From an uncultured candidate division Zixibacteria bacterium (GTDB lineage: Bacteria; Zixibacteria; MSB-5A5; GN15; PGXB01): a stretch of DNA of 64,000 bases. The stretch covers positions 1,632,001-1,696,000 of the forward strand of contig OY969724.1 in NCBI GenBank assembly GCA_963702205.1. Reading direction: 5' to 3'. The position numbers and the translations under genes are program-made. Position 1 is the stretch's first letter, and every line of letters starts with the position of its first letter. The notes under the pieces are model-generated. The model ran no database searches, was not told the DNA's origin, and saw only the letters and a program-made list of their open reading frames with translations. Below, one piece after another: positions 1-12,300 of the stretch.

Positions 1-62
1 ATGAGCGGTCATGACAAAATAAAAATGATAGACCTTGAAAAATCAACTGCGGGGACGGGACG

Positions 63-1835
63 ATGAACCCTACGACTTTAAATGCCCGGGAAATAGAAGT
101 TGTCTCGATAAAAAACCAGTTTGACAACGTTCCCATCGGATGCATGGTTGTCTCGCTCGAGGGAACGATCAAATACGTCAATTACGAAGCCGCCCGGCTG
201 CTTGGCTACGATGAACCCTCGAATATGCTTACGGCCAGCATAAGAGAGATCGAAGCCATCCTCAATTGCGGGTTTTACGAAGCTCGCAATGCCGTCATGG
301 CGGGGGAAACGTATCATAAGGCCGAACATAAATGCACCAATTGTCGCGGCCAGTATAAAGTCCTGAATATATTCTGCAATCCGTTTCGGGGTTCCGATGG
401 TGAAGTTGTCGGCATTCTGAGCATGATACAGGATGTCAGTGAATCGAGTTTCAAAAAACAGGATCTTGAAGAAGCGATTTATGAACTGTCTATAATGTCG
501 CAAGTGTCCGAAGCTCTGTCATCATCGGCCGAGCTCGATGAAATATTCAAAGTGATGCTGACGGCCGTGACGTCGAGTCAGGGCCTCGGCTTCAACCGCG
601 CGTTTTTATTCCTGGTCGATCACAAGAATGAAAACCTCGTGGGACAGTTGGCCGTAGGACCGACCAGCCCTGAAGAAGCCGGCTATATTTGGACTCAACT
701 GGAAAGCAGACGTCTGACCCTGAAAGAAATTCTCGACGCAGGGCACTATAATACCGGAAACGGAGATTCCGGTTTGACCGCCCTTATCGAGGGCTGGCAA
801 ATATCACTGAACGATCAAAACATTTTCGGCGCGGCCGTATTGAGCGGACAAGCCATGCTGACTTTGCGCAGCGACGTTCTGGGGGCACAATCGCAATCGA
901 TTTTGGGACGGCTGAATGTCGAAAATATCGCTTTGGCGCCGATCATATCGAAAGGCCGACGGCTCGGGCTGATTGCCGCCGACAACCAGATTACCGGACG
1001 AGATATTTCACCCTCGCTGGTCGAACTGCTGCAGGCGTTTGCCTGCCAGACGGCCGTGGCCATCGAACGGTCCCGGCTGTATGACAGCCAGGTCGAACGG
1101 GCCGAAGAACTGACGCGGATCAATCGCCAGTTGGCCGAATCACAGGAACAAATCATTCGCGTGGAGAAAATGTCGGTGATTGGCGAACTGACGTCTTCGA
1201 TTGCCCATGAACTGCGTAATCCGCTGACTGTCATTGGTGGCTTTGCCAACCTGCTTCTAAACACCGCGGCGACCGATGCCAATAATGAATATTTGAATAT
1301 CATACTCTCAGAGACCAAACGCGCCGAATCTGTCCTGCATCAGGTTTTGGATTTTTCAAAGGCCAGCCGAACCGAGAACCGGGCCATAGGTTTTCATCAA
1401 TTGATTCAAAACTGCTGCAATATGGTTACGTCGCGCATCAAGCGAGGCCAGCCGCAGCCGATATTCGACGCGGAGGATTCCGGACTGGTGGTCTGGGGCA
1501 ATTCCGATCAGCTTCAACACGCCATAGTACAATTTCTGAATATGATTATCGAAAGTTCGACGGAAAACAACACGATCAGCCTCGATATTATTCCGAATGA
1601 AAGCACCGTCATGCTGACCATTTCGGTCGCTTTCGAAAAGAACGATCGACGACGCCTGACTAAAATGCTCGAACAGGGATTCAATAATCCTTCGGGGACC
1701 CAGCGTCTGTCAATTTTGGTTGCGGGCGAAACTATCCGCTATCACGGCGGCAATTTCGGCCTGGAAAGCTCGGAAGGCGGCCTGCCCCGGGTGTTCGTGG
1801 AACTGCCGATTTATAAAGGATCGGAAAATGAGTAA
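63..1835 (+). CDS. PAS/GAF sensor histidine kinase with degenerate HATPase domain
   Basis: N-terminal PAS, GAF (GFNRAFLFL...LGLIAADN), H-box IAHELRNPL; N- and G-boxes poorly conserved. Confidence 0.85.
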   Translation: MNPTTLNAREIEVVSIKNQFDNVPIGCMVVSLEGTIKYVNYEAARLLGYDEPSNMLTASIREIEAILNCGFYEARNAVMAGETYHKAEHKCTNCRGQYKVLNIFCNPFRGSDGEVVGILSMIQDVSESSFKKQDLEEAIYELSIMSQVSEALSSSAELDEIFKVMLTAVTSSQGLGFNRAFLFLVDHKNENLVGQLAVGPTSPEEAGYIWTQLESRRLTLKEILDAGHYNTGNGDSGLTALIEGWQISLNDQNIFGAAVLSGQAMLTLRSDVLGAQSQSILGRLNVENIALAPIISKGRRLGLIAADNQITGRDISPSLVELLQAFACQTAVAIERSRLYDSQVERAEELTRINRQLAESQEQIIRVEKMSVIGELTSSIAHELRNPLTVIGGFANLLLNTAATDANNEYLNIILSETKRAESVLHQVLDFSKASRTENRAIGFHQLIQNCCNMVTSRIKRGQPQPIFDAEDSGLVVWGNSDQLQHAIVQFLNMIIESSTENNTISLDIIPNESTVMLTISVAFEKNDRRRLTKMLEQGFNNPSGTQRLSILVAGETIRYHGGNFGLESSEGGLPRVFVELPIYKGSENE

Positions 1836-2214
1836 AATTCTGATTATTGACGATGAAGCCCACATCCTGAAACTGTATCAGGAAGTACTTGGACGGGAGG
1901 GCTATCAGGTTAAAATTGCCGGTAATGTCGAAACCGCCCGGACATATTTGAGTGAGGATCAATTCAACCTCGTAATCCTCGATATAGAGCTGGATCAGGA
2001 AAACGGCCTCAATTTCTTGAAAGAGCTTAAAAGCACCCGACCGACCCTTCCGGTGATTCTTAATTCGGCCTATTCCATATATAAGTCGGATTTTCACAGC
2101 TGGGCCGCCGATGCCTATGTTGTCAAGACGTCGGATTTGGAACCCCTTAAACTCAAAGTAAAAGAGCTATTAGATGTCAATTCAAAATATCCCCAAAAGC
2201 CGGCCACAAAATAG
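1828..2214 (+). CDS. Stand-alone response regulator receiver (CheY-like)
   Basis: KILIIDDE, LVILD, conserved K; ATG at 1828 overlaps the kinase stop. Confidence 0.9.
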   Translation: MSKILIIDDEAHILKLYQEVLGREGYQVKIAGNVETARTYLSEDQFNLVILDIELDQENGLNFLKELKSTRPTLPVILNSAYSIYKSDFHSWAADAYVVKTSDLEPLKLKVKELLDVNSKYPQKPATK

Positions 2215-2557
2215 CGGAGACCTGGCCGCCCAGGTCAGAAGTCTGGCCGACCAGGTGAAAATCCTGGCCCTGAACATGGCCATTCAGCTCGCCCGGTCCA
2301 AAGAGCGGGTGCAGGACCTGACCATCCTCGAGAGCGATTTCACCAAGCTGATCCACGGTTCCATCGAAGTCATTCAGGAAATAACCATGCTGCTGGAATA
2401 TCTTCAGTGCCGCAAGGGAGCCGATACCGTCAAAGATGACAGCCTGAATCAGATTGAGCATTCCTTGAACGAGATTCTGAACCAGTCGCGGGATATACAG
2501 GAAGCGATTGAGGCTATTAAGCATAAGAGAAATAACGTCGATAAAAATAATAGATGA
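2174..2557 (+). CDS. Small coiled-coil protein resembling a degenerate MCP signalling hairpin
   Basis: LADQVKILALNMAIQLAR resembles the MCP motif IAEQTNLLALNAAIEAAR. Confidence 0.6.
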   Translation: MSIQNIPKSRPQNSGDLAAQVRSLADQVKILALNMAIQLARSKERVQDLTILESDFTKLIHGSIEVIQEITMLLEYLQCRKGADTVKDDSLNQIEHSLNEILNQSRDIQEAIEAIKHKRNNVDKNNR

Positions 2558-2597
2558 CCATAAACGGCTTTATATGGCCACCGGAGAATGTTTTATT

Positions 2598-3017
2598 ATG
2601 AATATCGAGAAAATCGAACAATTGGCGAAAAAAAGGGGCCGGGCTTTCAAAGTTTTGATTGTCGATGATGAACCGCGGGTGCGTGATATTTTTAAAGAGT
2701 TTTGTGAACTGAGCAACTTTGTGGAAGTGGACACCGCCGACAACGGAACCGATGCCATTGAGAAAGTCAAGAATGCCGATTATGACCTGGTTACGATGGA
2801 CCTGATTATGCCGGAGATGGCCGGAGTCGAGGCGGTTTCGAAGATTAAAGAGCACAAGCCTCATCTTCCCGTGATCGTCATCACCGGCAATGCCACCGAC
2901 CGTCTGGTCAATCAGGCCGGGGTACAGGGAGCATCCTCCTTGATGTACAAACCGGTCATGCTCGAAAATTTCATGGATGAACTGACCGCCACCTTTGAAA
3001 AAAGCGCCGGTAAGTAG
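2598..3017 (+). CDS. Stand-alone response regulator receiver
   Basis: VLIVDDE, LVTMDLIMP, VITG, YKP. Confidence 0.9.
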   Translation: MNIEKIEQLAKKRGRAFKVLIVDDEPRVRDIFKEFCELSNFVEVDTADNGTDAIEKVKNADYDLVTMDLIMPEMAGVEAVSKIKEHKPHLPVIVITGNATDRLVNQAGVQGASSLMYKPVMLENFMDELTATFEKSAGK

Positions 3018-3431
3018 ATGGCCATGGACCGCGAAGTAACCATACTGGTCGTGGACGATGAGGAAGCAATTTGCACGCTGATGCAAAAGCTTCTGCAGCG
3101 TAAGGGCTATCGAGTCCTGACGGCGCTCGACGGCGGCGAGGCTCTTGGGATACTCGGCTCAAATAATATAACTGTGGTCATCTCCGATATTGTCATGCCG
3201 GGCATGGGCGGCAAAGACCTACTGACTGCAATCAAGCAAAAATATCCCCGAATAGCCGTAATTATGATGACCGGTTACGGCGACGCCTTTACTATTAAGC
3301 AGGTTATGGCGCTCGGCGCCGACGAGTATATCACCAAGCCTTTCAAGGGCGATGAAGTTTCGATGATTGTCGAGCGGGTTCTGTGGCGCATCAATAATCC
3401 AACTGCAAACCCGGCCCCGCTGGTCGAATAG
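3018..3431 (+). CDS. Stand-alone response regulator receiver
   Basis: ILVVDDE, VISDIVMP, MMTG, YITKPF. Confidence 0.9.
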   Translation: MAMDREVTILVVDDEEAICTLMQKLLQRKGYRVLTALDGGEALGILGSNNITVVISDIVMPGMGGKDLLTAIKQKYPRIAVIMMTGYGDAFTIKQVMALGADEYITKPFKGDEVSMIVERVLWRINNPTANPAPLVE

Positions 3432-3567
3432 GCTTTTGGGCCAGACTTTTCTTTTCTCCTCCAATCAAATTACATCTTTAAATTTTGTCTGCTGGGGCCT
3501 TCAAATTTGACTTGAAAATTCGCATATTTGGACTATATTGCTGGCTCTGACATTCGAAGATTCGTAA

Positions 3568-3654
3568 GGAGAGGTGGCCGAGCGGCTGAAGGCAGCTGCC
3601 TGCTAAGCAGTTGTACGTGAAAGCGTACCCTGGGTTCGAATCCCAGCCTCTCCG
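3568..3654 (+). tRNA. tRNA-Ser(GCT), CCA not encoded
   Basis: Acceptor stem GGAGAGG/CCTCTCC, anticodon loop CT-GCT-AA, long variable arm, GGTTCGAATCC T-loop. Confidence 0.95.
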
Positions 3655-3971
3655 CTTTATACTAATTAATATTGCATGCGTTTGCGGCACACTAACTTAA
3701 CAAGTCTATAATTGACGTAGGTTGAGCTTTTCTAATAAATTCTAACGTAATTCGAGGCTCGTCAACCCCCGCTTTTCTTGCAGGCCTGCTTGCACTTGCA
3801 CTTAGCTAATATTTCAAGTTATCTGTATGGGAACAGGTCGTTACGGTGGTTACGGATAATGGGTCTTATCCGAAATAACTGCAGGCCCATTTGAAATCCC
3901 TAACCGCTTTTAACGGATTTTTTGTCTATTAGTGTAATAATAAAAGGCCTTAAACCTTATTAAGTATTATC

Positions 3972-4000
3972 TTGACGAAATGGATCAAGAAGCCTATATT
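3972..4000 (+). promoter_or_regulatory. Putative sigma70 promoter
   Basis: TTGACG-N17-TATATT upstream of the 4127 ORF. Confidence 0.5.
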
Positions 4001-4126
4001 TTATAAAGTTCCGGAACTGAAGCGTTCCTGTTTTTTGAGTAAGATCCATCAAATTTAAGACCTGCATCATCGATGTCTGCTGCAATGGTATAGTGACAAT
4101 GACATGATATAAACATACATTAGGTA

Positions 4127-6076
4127 ATGTACTGTAGGGGTGTCAGGGTGACAAGAATTGTCACATTCGTAACAGGGCTGTTTTTAATTTTCGAATCGAC
4201 CCTATTTGCACTGCCGCCGGGTCAAATGAATTCGGACCAAAGCCGCCCGGCCCTGAGCGGCATCATGTTTCTTTCGGATTCCGTTTTTTCCAGACCAATA
4301 GATAAGCTGAATTCGCCAATACGCACACAGGATATCTATTCCTATATTGATGTCAACAACTCACTGGCATTTGTCACGAATCTGGGAGCCATCGGGACAA
4401 ATATAAACAACCTCTGGAGCAGCAGCGGGGGCATGTTTTACCCGTATTCCGGTGATACCGTGGATATCGTACTAAACCCGGATAAAGTGCTTTTGTACTG
4501 TGCCGGCCTGTTTTTGGGGGGCAAAGTTGGCGGAAACACAAGAGTCGCAGTCGCCACTTATGAACAGGAATATGTCCCTGGGCCTATGTCAGGCGGGACC
4601 TCTATGCCGGATCAGTCGTCATTTCGAGTTTATAAAATTGACACTTCTTCCGGACCGGGAGATTATTTTTACGATAACTGGCCGATTGCTCAGGGTGCTC
4701 CAACGGATCAGTATGGCGATCCATTGTTATTGGGACAACAAACACTCTGGACGGTCTATAATGATGCTGGAACCCACATCGCTGCAATAGGCGGGACGGC
4801 ACCATTGGGCATAGAAGTCCGCCAAACCGTTTGGGGTTCCGCTGACACCAATGAAGATTATGTTTTTTATGTTCAGTATGAGCTTTACAATAAAGGTGCC
4901 AATTATATCGATAGCTTTTACATCTGCTTTTACGCCGATCCGGATATCGGCGGGCCCACCGACGATCTGGTCGGTTGTGATACGGCCCTAGATATGTTCT
5001 TCGCCTTTAATGGCGACAATAATGATGCCGCCTATGGAACAACACCTCCGGCCTGGGGCGGCCAGGTTGCGTATGGACCAGTTGTGCCGTCAGTTGGTGA
5101 TACCGCTTATTTCGCTGGCAATGAGATGCCCAATTACAAAAATATGCGAATGACGTCATTCAGCAGCTATATCAATGGCCAGGATCCCAATGACGCGGAA
5201 GATACATACTTATACATGATTGGTTGGGACGGTATTGGTCACCAACCTTACGTGGATCCTTTTAGCGGTGATTCAACTACCTTTAAGTACGCCGGTGATC
5301 CTCTGACAGCGACCGGTTGGCTTGATCCTGTTTCGGATGATAAAAGACTGATGGCGGGCTTTGGCCCATTGACATTTAATCCAGGTGATAGTCAGCAGGT
5401 CTTATTAAAAATCGCCGGATTCGGCGCAATGCCCGGTAATAATCATCTTCTAAGTCTCCACGGATTGAAAAGCCGTCTTGCCGCAGCCGGCAATTCCCAG
5501 TTGCGGCCATTATATATTCGTGCATACTCGCCTGTAAATCTCTGGGTCATCGACCCGGAAGAATATTACATCGGTAAAGATGCTTCCGGGGCAATATCGC
5601 AGACAATATTTCCGGCCGACTATAATGAATTACCACCGGATTACATCGATGAAGTAATCATATATTACCCGATACCGGGCGAATATGAAATTATTGTTAT
5701 TCCTGAAGACGACGCTCCGCCCGGTGCACTTTATTCGGTAGGAATCAGGATCGATGGCAGCGAGCAAGCCATTATTGTCGAGAACGCCGATGTTCCGGCT
5801 TCAGGCACGACTGATGAATACTTTTATGTTGTGGAAGATGGTTATCAATATATTAACGGTGATGCCAATCGGGACAACAATGTAAATCTAATCGATATAT
5901 TATACTTGATTTCATATTTGTATGATGAGCCGCCCGGACCGGCACCCTATCCGCCCGGTGCTGCCGATGCCAATTGTGACGAATATCTCAATTTGATCGA
6001 TATATTGTATCTGATCGCGTATCTATATGATAATTCGCCTGGTTCTGAACCATGCCATTCGGAGGACTATGAATAA
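4127..6076 (+). CDS. Secreted protein: unknown N-terminal domain, Ig-like SPVxL..DP module, C-terminal dockerin-like domain
   Basis: Signal peptide (start may be GTG 4148); duplicated GDANxDxxVNLIDILYLI EF-hand-like motifs. Confidence 0.8.
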   Translation: MYCRGVRVTRIVTFVTGLFLIFESTLFALPPGQMNSDQSRPALSGIMFLSDSVFSRPIDKLNSPIRTQDIYSYIDVNNSLAFVTNLGAIGTNINNLWSSSGGMFYPYSGDTVDIVLNPDKVLLYCAGLFLGGKVGGNTRVAVATYEQEYVPGPMSGGTSMPDQSSFRVYKIDTSSGPGDYFYDNWPIAQGAPTDQYGDPLLLGQQTLWTVYNDAGTHIAAIGGTAPLGIEVRQTVWGSADTNEDYVFYVQYELYNKGANYIDSFYICFYADPDIGGPTDDLVGCDTALDMFFAFNGDNNDAAYGTTPPAWGGQVAYGPVVPSVGDTAYFAGNEMPNYKNMRMTSFSSYINGQDPNDAEDTYLYMIGWDGIGHQPYVDPFSGDSTTFKYAGDPLTATGWLDPVSDDKRLMAGFGPLTFNPGDSQQVLLKIAGFGAMPGNNHLLSLHGLKSRLAAAGNSQLRPLYIRAYSPVNLWVIDPEEYYIGKDASGAISQTIFPADYNELPPDYIDEVIIYYPIPGEYEIIVIPEDDAPPGALYSVGIRIDGSEQAIIVENADVPASGTTDEYFYVVEDGYQYINGDANRDNNVNLIDILYLISYLYDEPPGPAPYPPGAADANCDEYLNLIDILYLIAYLYDNSPGSEPCHSEDYE

Positions 6077-6385
6077 TTATCCAGACCTAATTTTGCGGCA
6101 TAATCCAGCCTTTGTCGCTATTATTTACGATATTGATTGTCACGCGTTTCTTTAAAACTTGTGTGAATAATTAATCGGCAAGAGAATAATAGCAAGTAGT
6201 CTCGCTCTATTCTATTAATTATTTGTACTGACTTCATACATACAAGGAGATCTATGTCAATGGTTGATTGCGCTGACAATTGATAATTGAAATGGGCATT
6301 GCCATCTTATTGCCTGAAAAAATAATAAATGCGCTAATATTAATTTGATCTTTGTCGAAAATCACGCAGCCGACAGGAGGAGTAT

Positions 6386-9300
6386 ATGAAAGGCATTCTG
6401 ACTATTACGGCGATTTTATTAATTTTCTGTCAATCTGTATTTGCCCAGGCAAATCAACCACCGGTGCTTTTCCCTATAGGCAATAAGGTGGTATCGGAAG
6501 GATATAATTTAAGCTTTACGGTTTCTGCGACGGATTCGGAATCTATTCCAAGTCTTACAGCATCACCATTACCATCAGGAGCGACATTTGGCGACAATGG
6601 AAATGGCTCTGGGGATTTTAGCTGGACACCAACATTGCTGCAAGCGGGCTTATATGAGATGATATTTAGGGCAATCGATGACTCCAGCGCAGTCGATTCG
6701 GAATTGATCAGCATAACCGTTTTAAATATTGCTGACCCGCCGCAAATAGTCTCTGTCTCACCGGCACGGAATGAACTCAATGTTGATGATAGTTCCACTA
6801 TATCTGTGACTTTCGATAAGGATATGGATGAGTCAACCATCAATAATTCTACATTTGTGGTCAGATCAGAATTTATGGGTACCTTAAACGGCACATACAG
6901 TTACGATGATGTCAGCCACACCGCCACATTTGCATCATATATTGATTTCGGGATTGGTGATATTATTTCTGTATCTTTAACAACCGGAATAGAGTCATCC
7001 GACGAAATTCCTCTTATCAACGGTTATAACTGGTGCTTTACTGCCGAGGTCGATAGCGGACACGGTGTGTTTAGTGGGGATAATTCCTATCAAGCCGGTC
7101 CTGCAGGCTCTTATCCCATTTCTATTTGTACAGCCGATTTAAACGGTGACGACATTCTGGACCTGGCCGTATCCAACAGCGGTTGTGACAGTATAACAGT
7201 ATTTCTTGGTGCTGGAGATGGCACATTCTCTTTGGCCACAAGATTATTTGCCGATAATGCCACCGCTATAGTTGCCTGTGATATTGACCTTGATGCCGAC
7301 ATTGACCTGATAGCCGCCAATTCGTCCGATGACAGCCTTTCCATATTAACAAATGTTGGGGGCGGGGTCTTTCAATGGAGCAATTTACTCTCGACCTATG
7401 TCGGAGATAATCCCTCATCAATTACGGCGGCCGATTTTAATGGTGACGGATGGCCCGACCTTGCGGTAACGGGTGCCTCCAGCAATGATATTTCCCTTCT
7501 CATTAATGACCACACAGGTTCCTTTTCTAATGAAGGCATTTATAATACCGGGAATAGTCCGCTCTGTGTGGAATCCGGAGATTTTGACGATGACGGGGAC
7601 ATTGACCTGGTAAATTGTAACAATGATGATGGAAGCGTCAGTTTCTTTTTGAATAGAGGCAATGGCATTTTTGATTTCGATACAACTTACATAATCGGGG
7701 GATCTCCATTCAGCATTGCTGTGGCGGATTTCGTCGGAAATGGTTTCCTTGATTTGGCTATCACAGATTATGACGGTGCAAGGGTAGTAGTGCTTATCAA
7801 TGACGAATCCGGCGCATATGTTATTGATTCATCTTACGATGTCGGAACACAACCGCATGATATAATTGCCGGTGATTTTCAGCATACCGGCAATCTAAGC
7901 CTGGCTAACGTTAATTTTAATTCGAATGATGTCTCTGTTTTGTTGAACGCGGGAGACACGACCTTTATTCAGCCACCGGCATTTTCTACTGGAATTCGTC
8001 CAAATGATCTATGTGCCGGTGATTTCGATTCCGACGGTGATTTGGATATGGCCATAACTTCTGTTATGCATAATCGCATTTATACATATAAGAATGATAT
8101 AGGTACCCCTACAACTTATGTTGTCACACGCCTTGATGACGATGAAAACGAAGGGTCGCTACGGTGGGCGATCAATCAATCAAATAATGCCACGCCCTTT
8201 CAATCAGATTCTATTATTTTTAGTCCGTCTTTGAACGGCACAATTTATCTTAACGATACTCTGCCTGCTTTTGTTGATCCCATGGGGGCGGTTATAATTG
8301 GTGACACTCTGAATCCCGAAAGTATTATAATTAATGGTACACAATTACCAAACCGAGATACCTATAGAGATGATCGTAGTGCTTCCTATGGATTCTATAT
8401 AAAGAATATAAATGAATTTTTCCTGATGGGGTTGGTATTTTCTAATTTTGAGGATGGTATAATTATCCTTAATTCATCCAATATTGATCTCATACTTATT
8501 GGGGTGCATGATTGTAGTGAGAATGGCGTTGCCATAAGTTCGTCATCCTCAATTAATATGATAGGATGCACAATGTGGGGGCTTTACAATGATTGTAATA
8601 ATATTTACGTTTATGCCTGTAATAATATAGTAATTGATAATAATTCTATTGGCCCAAATTTGGAAAATACTTTTAATGGAGTTGGTATAGTTGGTATATA
8701 TGTTACTTCTTCTGAAAATGTGGAAATAAGCAATAATGTGTTTGGCTACCTGGAGAATGCAATTATTGATGATGCTGGGTGGAAGAATTATATACATGAT
8801 AATTATATAGGTATGAATACGGATTATGAGCATATCCCTATCACTGGGGACGGCATAAGGACTACGTGGTCTCTTGATGCTAGAGTTGAATATAATACAA
8901 TTTGTGCAAGTAACACGGGTATCCTTATAGAAAATGCCGGGGAACTTTATTTTAGAAATGTGTTTTATGGCAATTCTATTGGGAATAATAATGGGGTTGG
9001 TGAATATGGCATAATAATAATGGGCCAAATAACGGAGAACACTAGGATTGAAGGAAATTCCATATCGGGTCTAAATAAAGACGCTATTTTGGTAACTAAT
9101 GCCCATGCTTCACCAGGTTATAGTATAAATATATTTTCTAATAATATTGGCTCAAGATTAGGTAATGGGAGTGGCGAATACGGTATTAATGTGATTGGTA
9201 GCACAAATGTGTATATTAAGGGAAATAATATTGTAAGTAACGGTTTTGGCGGGATCGAAGTTAATCAATCCACACTATATATCGAAAACAATGACATTGG

Positions 9301-12300
9301 ATTCTATGCTATAATTATCCCGAACGGCAATCATGGGTCGGGCATAATAGTGGAAAACTGCACGGAATCACCTGTAGGCATCCGTGGGAATAGGATAGCC
9401 TATAATGAAGGAAATGGGATTGAAATTATTAATTCATCAAACGTCAGTGTTAATTGGGAAAATGAAATATTTTCAAACTGGGGTAGCGGCATTATCCTTA
9501 GTGGCGCTTATAGTTGCAATATTAATAACAATTTAATAGGTAATAACAGTCAGTATAGCTCATGCGGAGACTACCCTAATGGCAGTGACGGTATTACAAT
9601 CATTGGAAATTCCACATTTAATTCAATCGGACCGGGAAACACAATTGTCTGCAATAATAGAGATGGTATCAGAATTATTGATGAGAACAGTATTAATAAC
9701 AAAATAAGGGAAAATTCAATTTACAGCAATGGCGGACTGGGTATTGATCTTGGGGGCGATGGCGTCACTGCAAATGATGATCCCGATGATCCGCGAGTTG
9801 ATCCGGACACAGGTCCCAATGACCTGATTAATTTCCCTGTGATTGAATCCATATCAAGCGGATCTACATCTGCGGTAAAAAATGTCCACGGAGTGGCCGG
9901 TGCCAATTGCGGGATTGATTTATATATAGTTGGAGATTATGGAAACCCGACCGGGCACGGTGATGCTTACGAATATTTCGGATCGTCTACTGCCGACGGC
10001 AATGGCAATTTTACTATCGCCGACGTCCCGTTGGGTGCTGAAGTGACTGCGACTGCTACAAACAATAACGGCAATGGCAGCACGTCGGAATTTTCGGAAA
10101 ACTACTTTGTCATGCATGAGTGCTGGGTTACTACAAATATTGATAATTTAACAACACCCGGTACACTGCGAGCGGCCATAATTGAAGCTAATGAAAATGA
10201 GGGCCCGGATATTATTAAGTTCCTTGCTGATTTCCCCGGACCTATTGTACTTGAAACGGAACTGCCTGCATTATCTGACATTACTGGAGGTACCATTATC
10301 GATGGCGGGAACGGTGAATGCGGGATTCCGAAAATTACAATCGACGGAATAAATTTAAGTTCCGGGAATGGTCTCACACTTGAATCCGATGACAATGAAA
10401 TATTGGGTATGGCAATTATAAATTTCCCTGAAAACGGAATCAAAATTGCTTTTACTTCCGACAACAATAAAATTAATGGCAACTATATTGGAACTGGTAT
10501 TGACGGAACAATTGGAGGGAATTATTACAGCGGAATAGCTATTTCAGGGTCTAATAATAAAATCGGCACCATCTGTGGTAATGTAATCTCAAATAACAAT
10601 TTGTGTGGCATATGGAATTCAATGAATCATGGTCAAATCATATCGAATAATAAAATCGGAACGAATGCAACAGGGACTTCCATTAATATGAATAGCGGAA
10701 ACGGCATAGAACTCCAGGGTTGTAGTGAAATTCAGATAGATAACAATACTATTTCAGGGAATGGAGCGGCTAATCTCTGGGCCAGTGATGTTGCCGAGTT
10801 ATACATTAATGACAACAAAATCGGGACAAGTAGTGACGGGAATTCCGTTTTAATTCCCGGTTTGATTCATGGGTCGGGCGGTCTTTACTTAAAAAATATA
10901 AATATCGGGAGTGTCTTTGATAATTTAATTTCCGGCAACTGGGATTATCAAATAAAAGTTATTAACTGCAGCATATTAGGTCTTTCCGGCAACAATATTG
11001 GTACAGTCCACCCCGTTGTAGAAACAATTAATTACGGTTATGGTATTCTTATTGATAATTGTTCCAATCTGCAGATTGGCGGTAATGAAAGTGGTCAGGG
11101 CAATATTATTGCCAGAAATAAATGGGGAATCGAGGCCTCGGGTACCAATCTAATTATTAATGGGAATACAATTAGGAATAATGGTTCTGGGGGATTGTAT
11201 CTGGGTGAAGGCAGCCAAAATTGCCAGATTATTAATAATACAATAACCGGAAATAAGTATAATGTAAGGTTATATCATTCCTCTACGGACCATAACCTAA
11301 TAAGCAAAAATATTATATATCAATGCCAGGATGGACCGGATATAGATTTGTATCCATGGGGTATTTCACCAATAATTACCGGATGGGATGATGTTCTTAG
11401 TCCGAACAATAAGCGGAGATACCCAGATCTTCATTATGACGGAACCAACAATACGCTTATCGCGCAATTTCCTGCAATCGATTTTCCGATAAATGGCAAA
11501 TTGGAAATATTTGCGGTCAGCGATTATGATCCCGAATCAGGTGACACTCTATGTGGTGATTTTAATCAAGTAGATTCTGTACAAAATGTCACACGTAATC
11601 ATGGCGGGGCGATTGAATATCTTGGTGAGGTCAATTGTGGGAATATTCCTGGTGACATTGTCATCAATCTGGCCGACCTTGAAGCAATCGACAATGATCA
11701 GGTAGAATTGGAAGTTGGAGATAAAATCACCGCGTTGGCAATTGACGCCAATAATAATACATCGGAGTATTCCAATAATGTGGTTATTTTAAATAGCAGT
11801 TTTGAGGTTTCCTGTCCCATCCTATTGGAAGTCGAGGATCCAATTGGTTATATTATTAACTCAGAAACTAATGAAATTATGGGATCAAGTTATGATCATG
11901 TAACTGATATAAATGGTGATGGCGATCCCGATCATAGGATATTCCTTAATGGTGCTGTAGCAGGCGAATACAAGATTCGAATTTCACCATCTTCGGAAGC
12001 CGGGCCAGGCGATACTTATACACTTAAGACCATTGTGGGTAATGATACGACTTTGATAATTGAAGAGGCCCCTGTTCCCGGCCCTGGTAATGTTGATGAA
12101 TATACTTATGGAATCGGCTTACCAAATCCATGCGATTGCGTTCCCGGCGATGTTCAGGCGGATGGAAGCTTTAATTTGTTGGATATTTTATATCTGATAA
12201 GCTACTTGTATAATACGCCGGCCGGACCGGCCCCAGTTCCATATAATACATGCTCGGGTGACCCCGGATGCGACTGCGTGGTTAACCTTCTCGACATTCT

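Noticed and set aside
3478..3690. 70-aa minus-strand ORF
   Set aside because: Antisense translation of tRNA-Ser
3840..3925. Possible riboswitch or ncRNA hairpins upstream of the first dockerin gene
   Set aside because: Hairpins are present but match no family I can recognise; a covariance search would be needed
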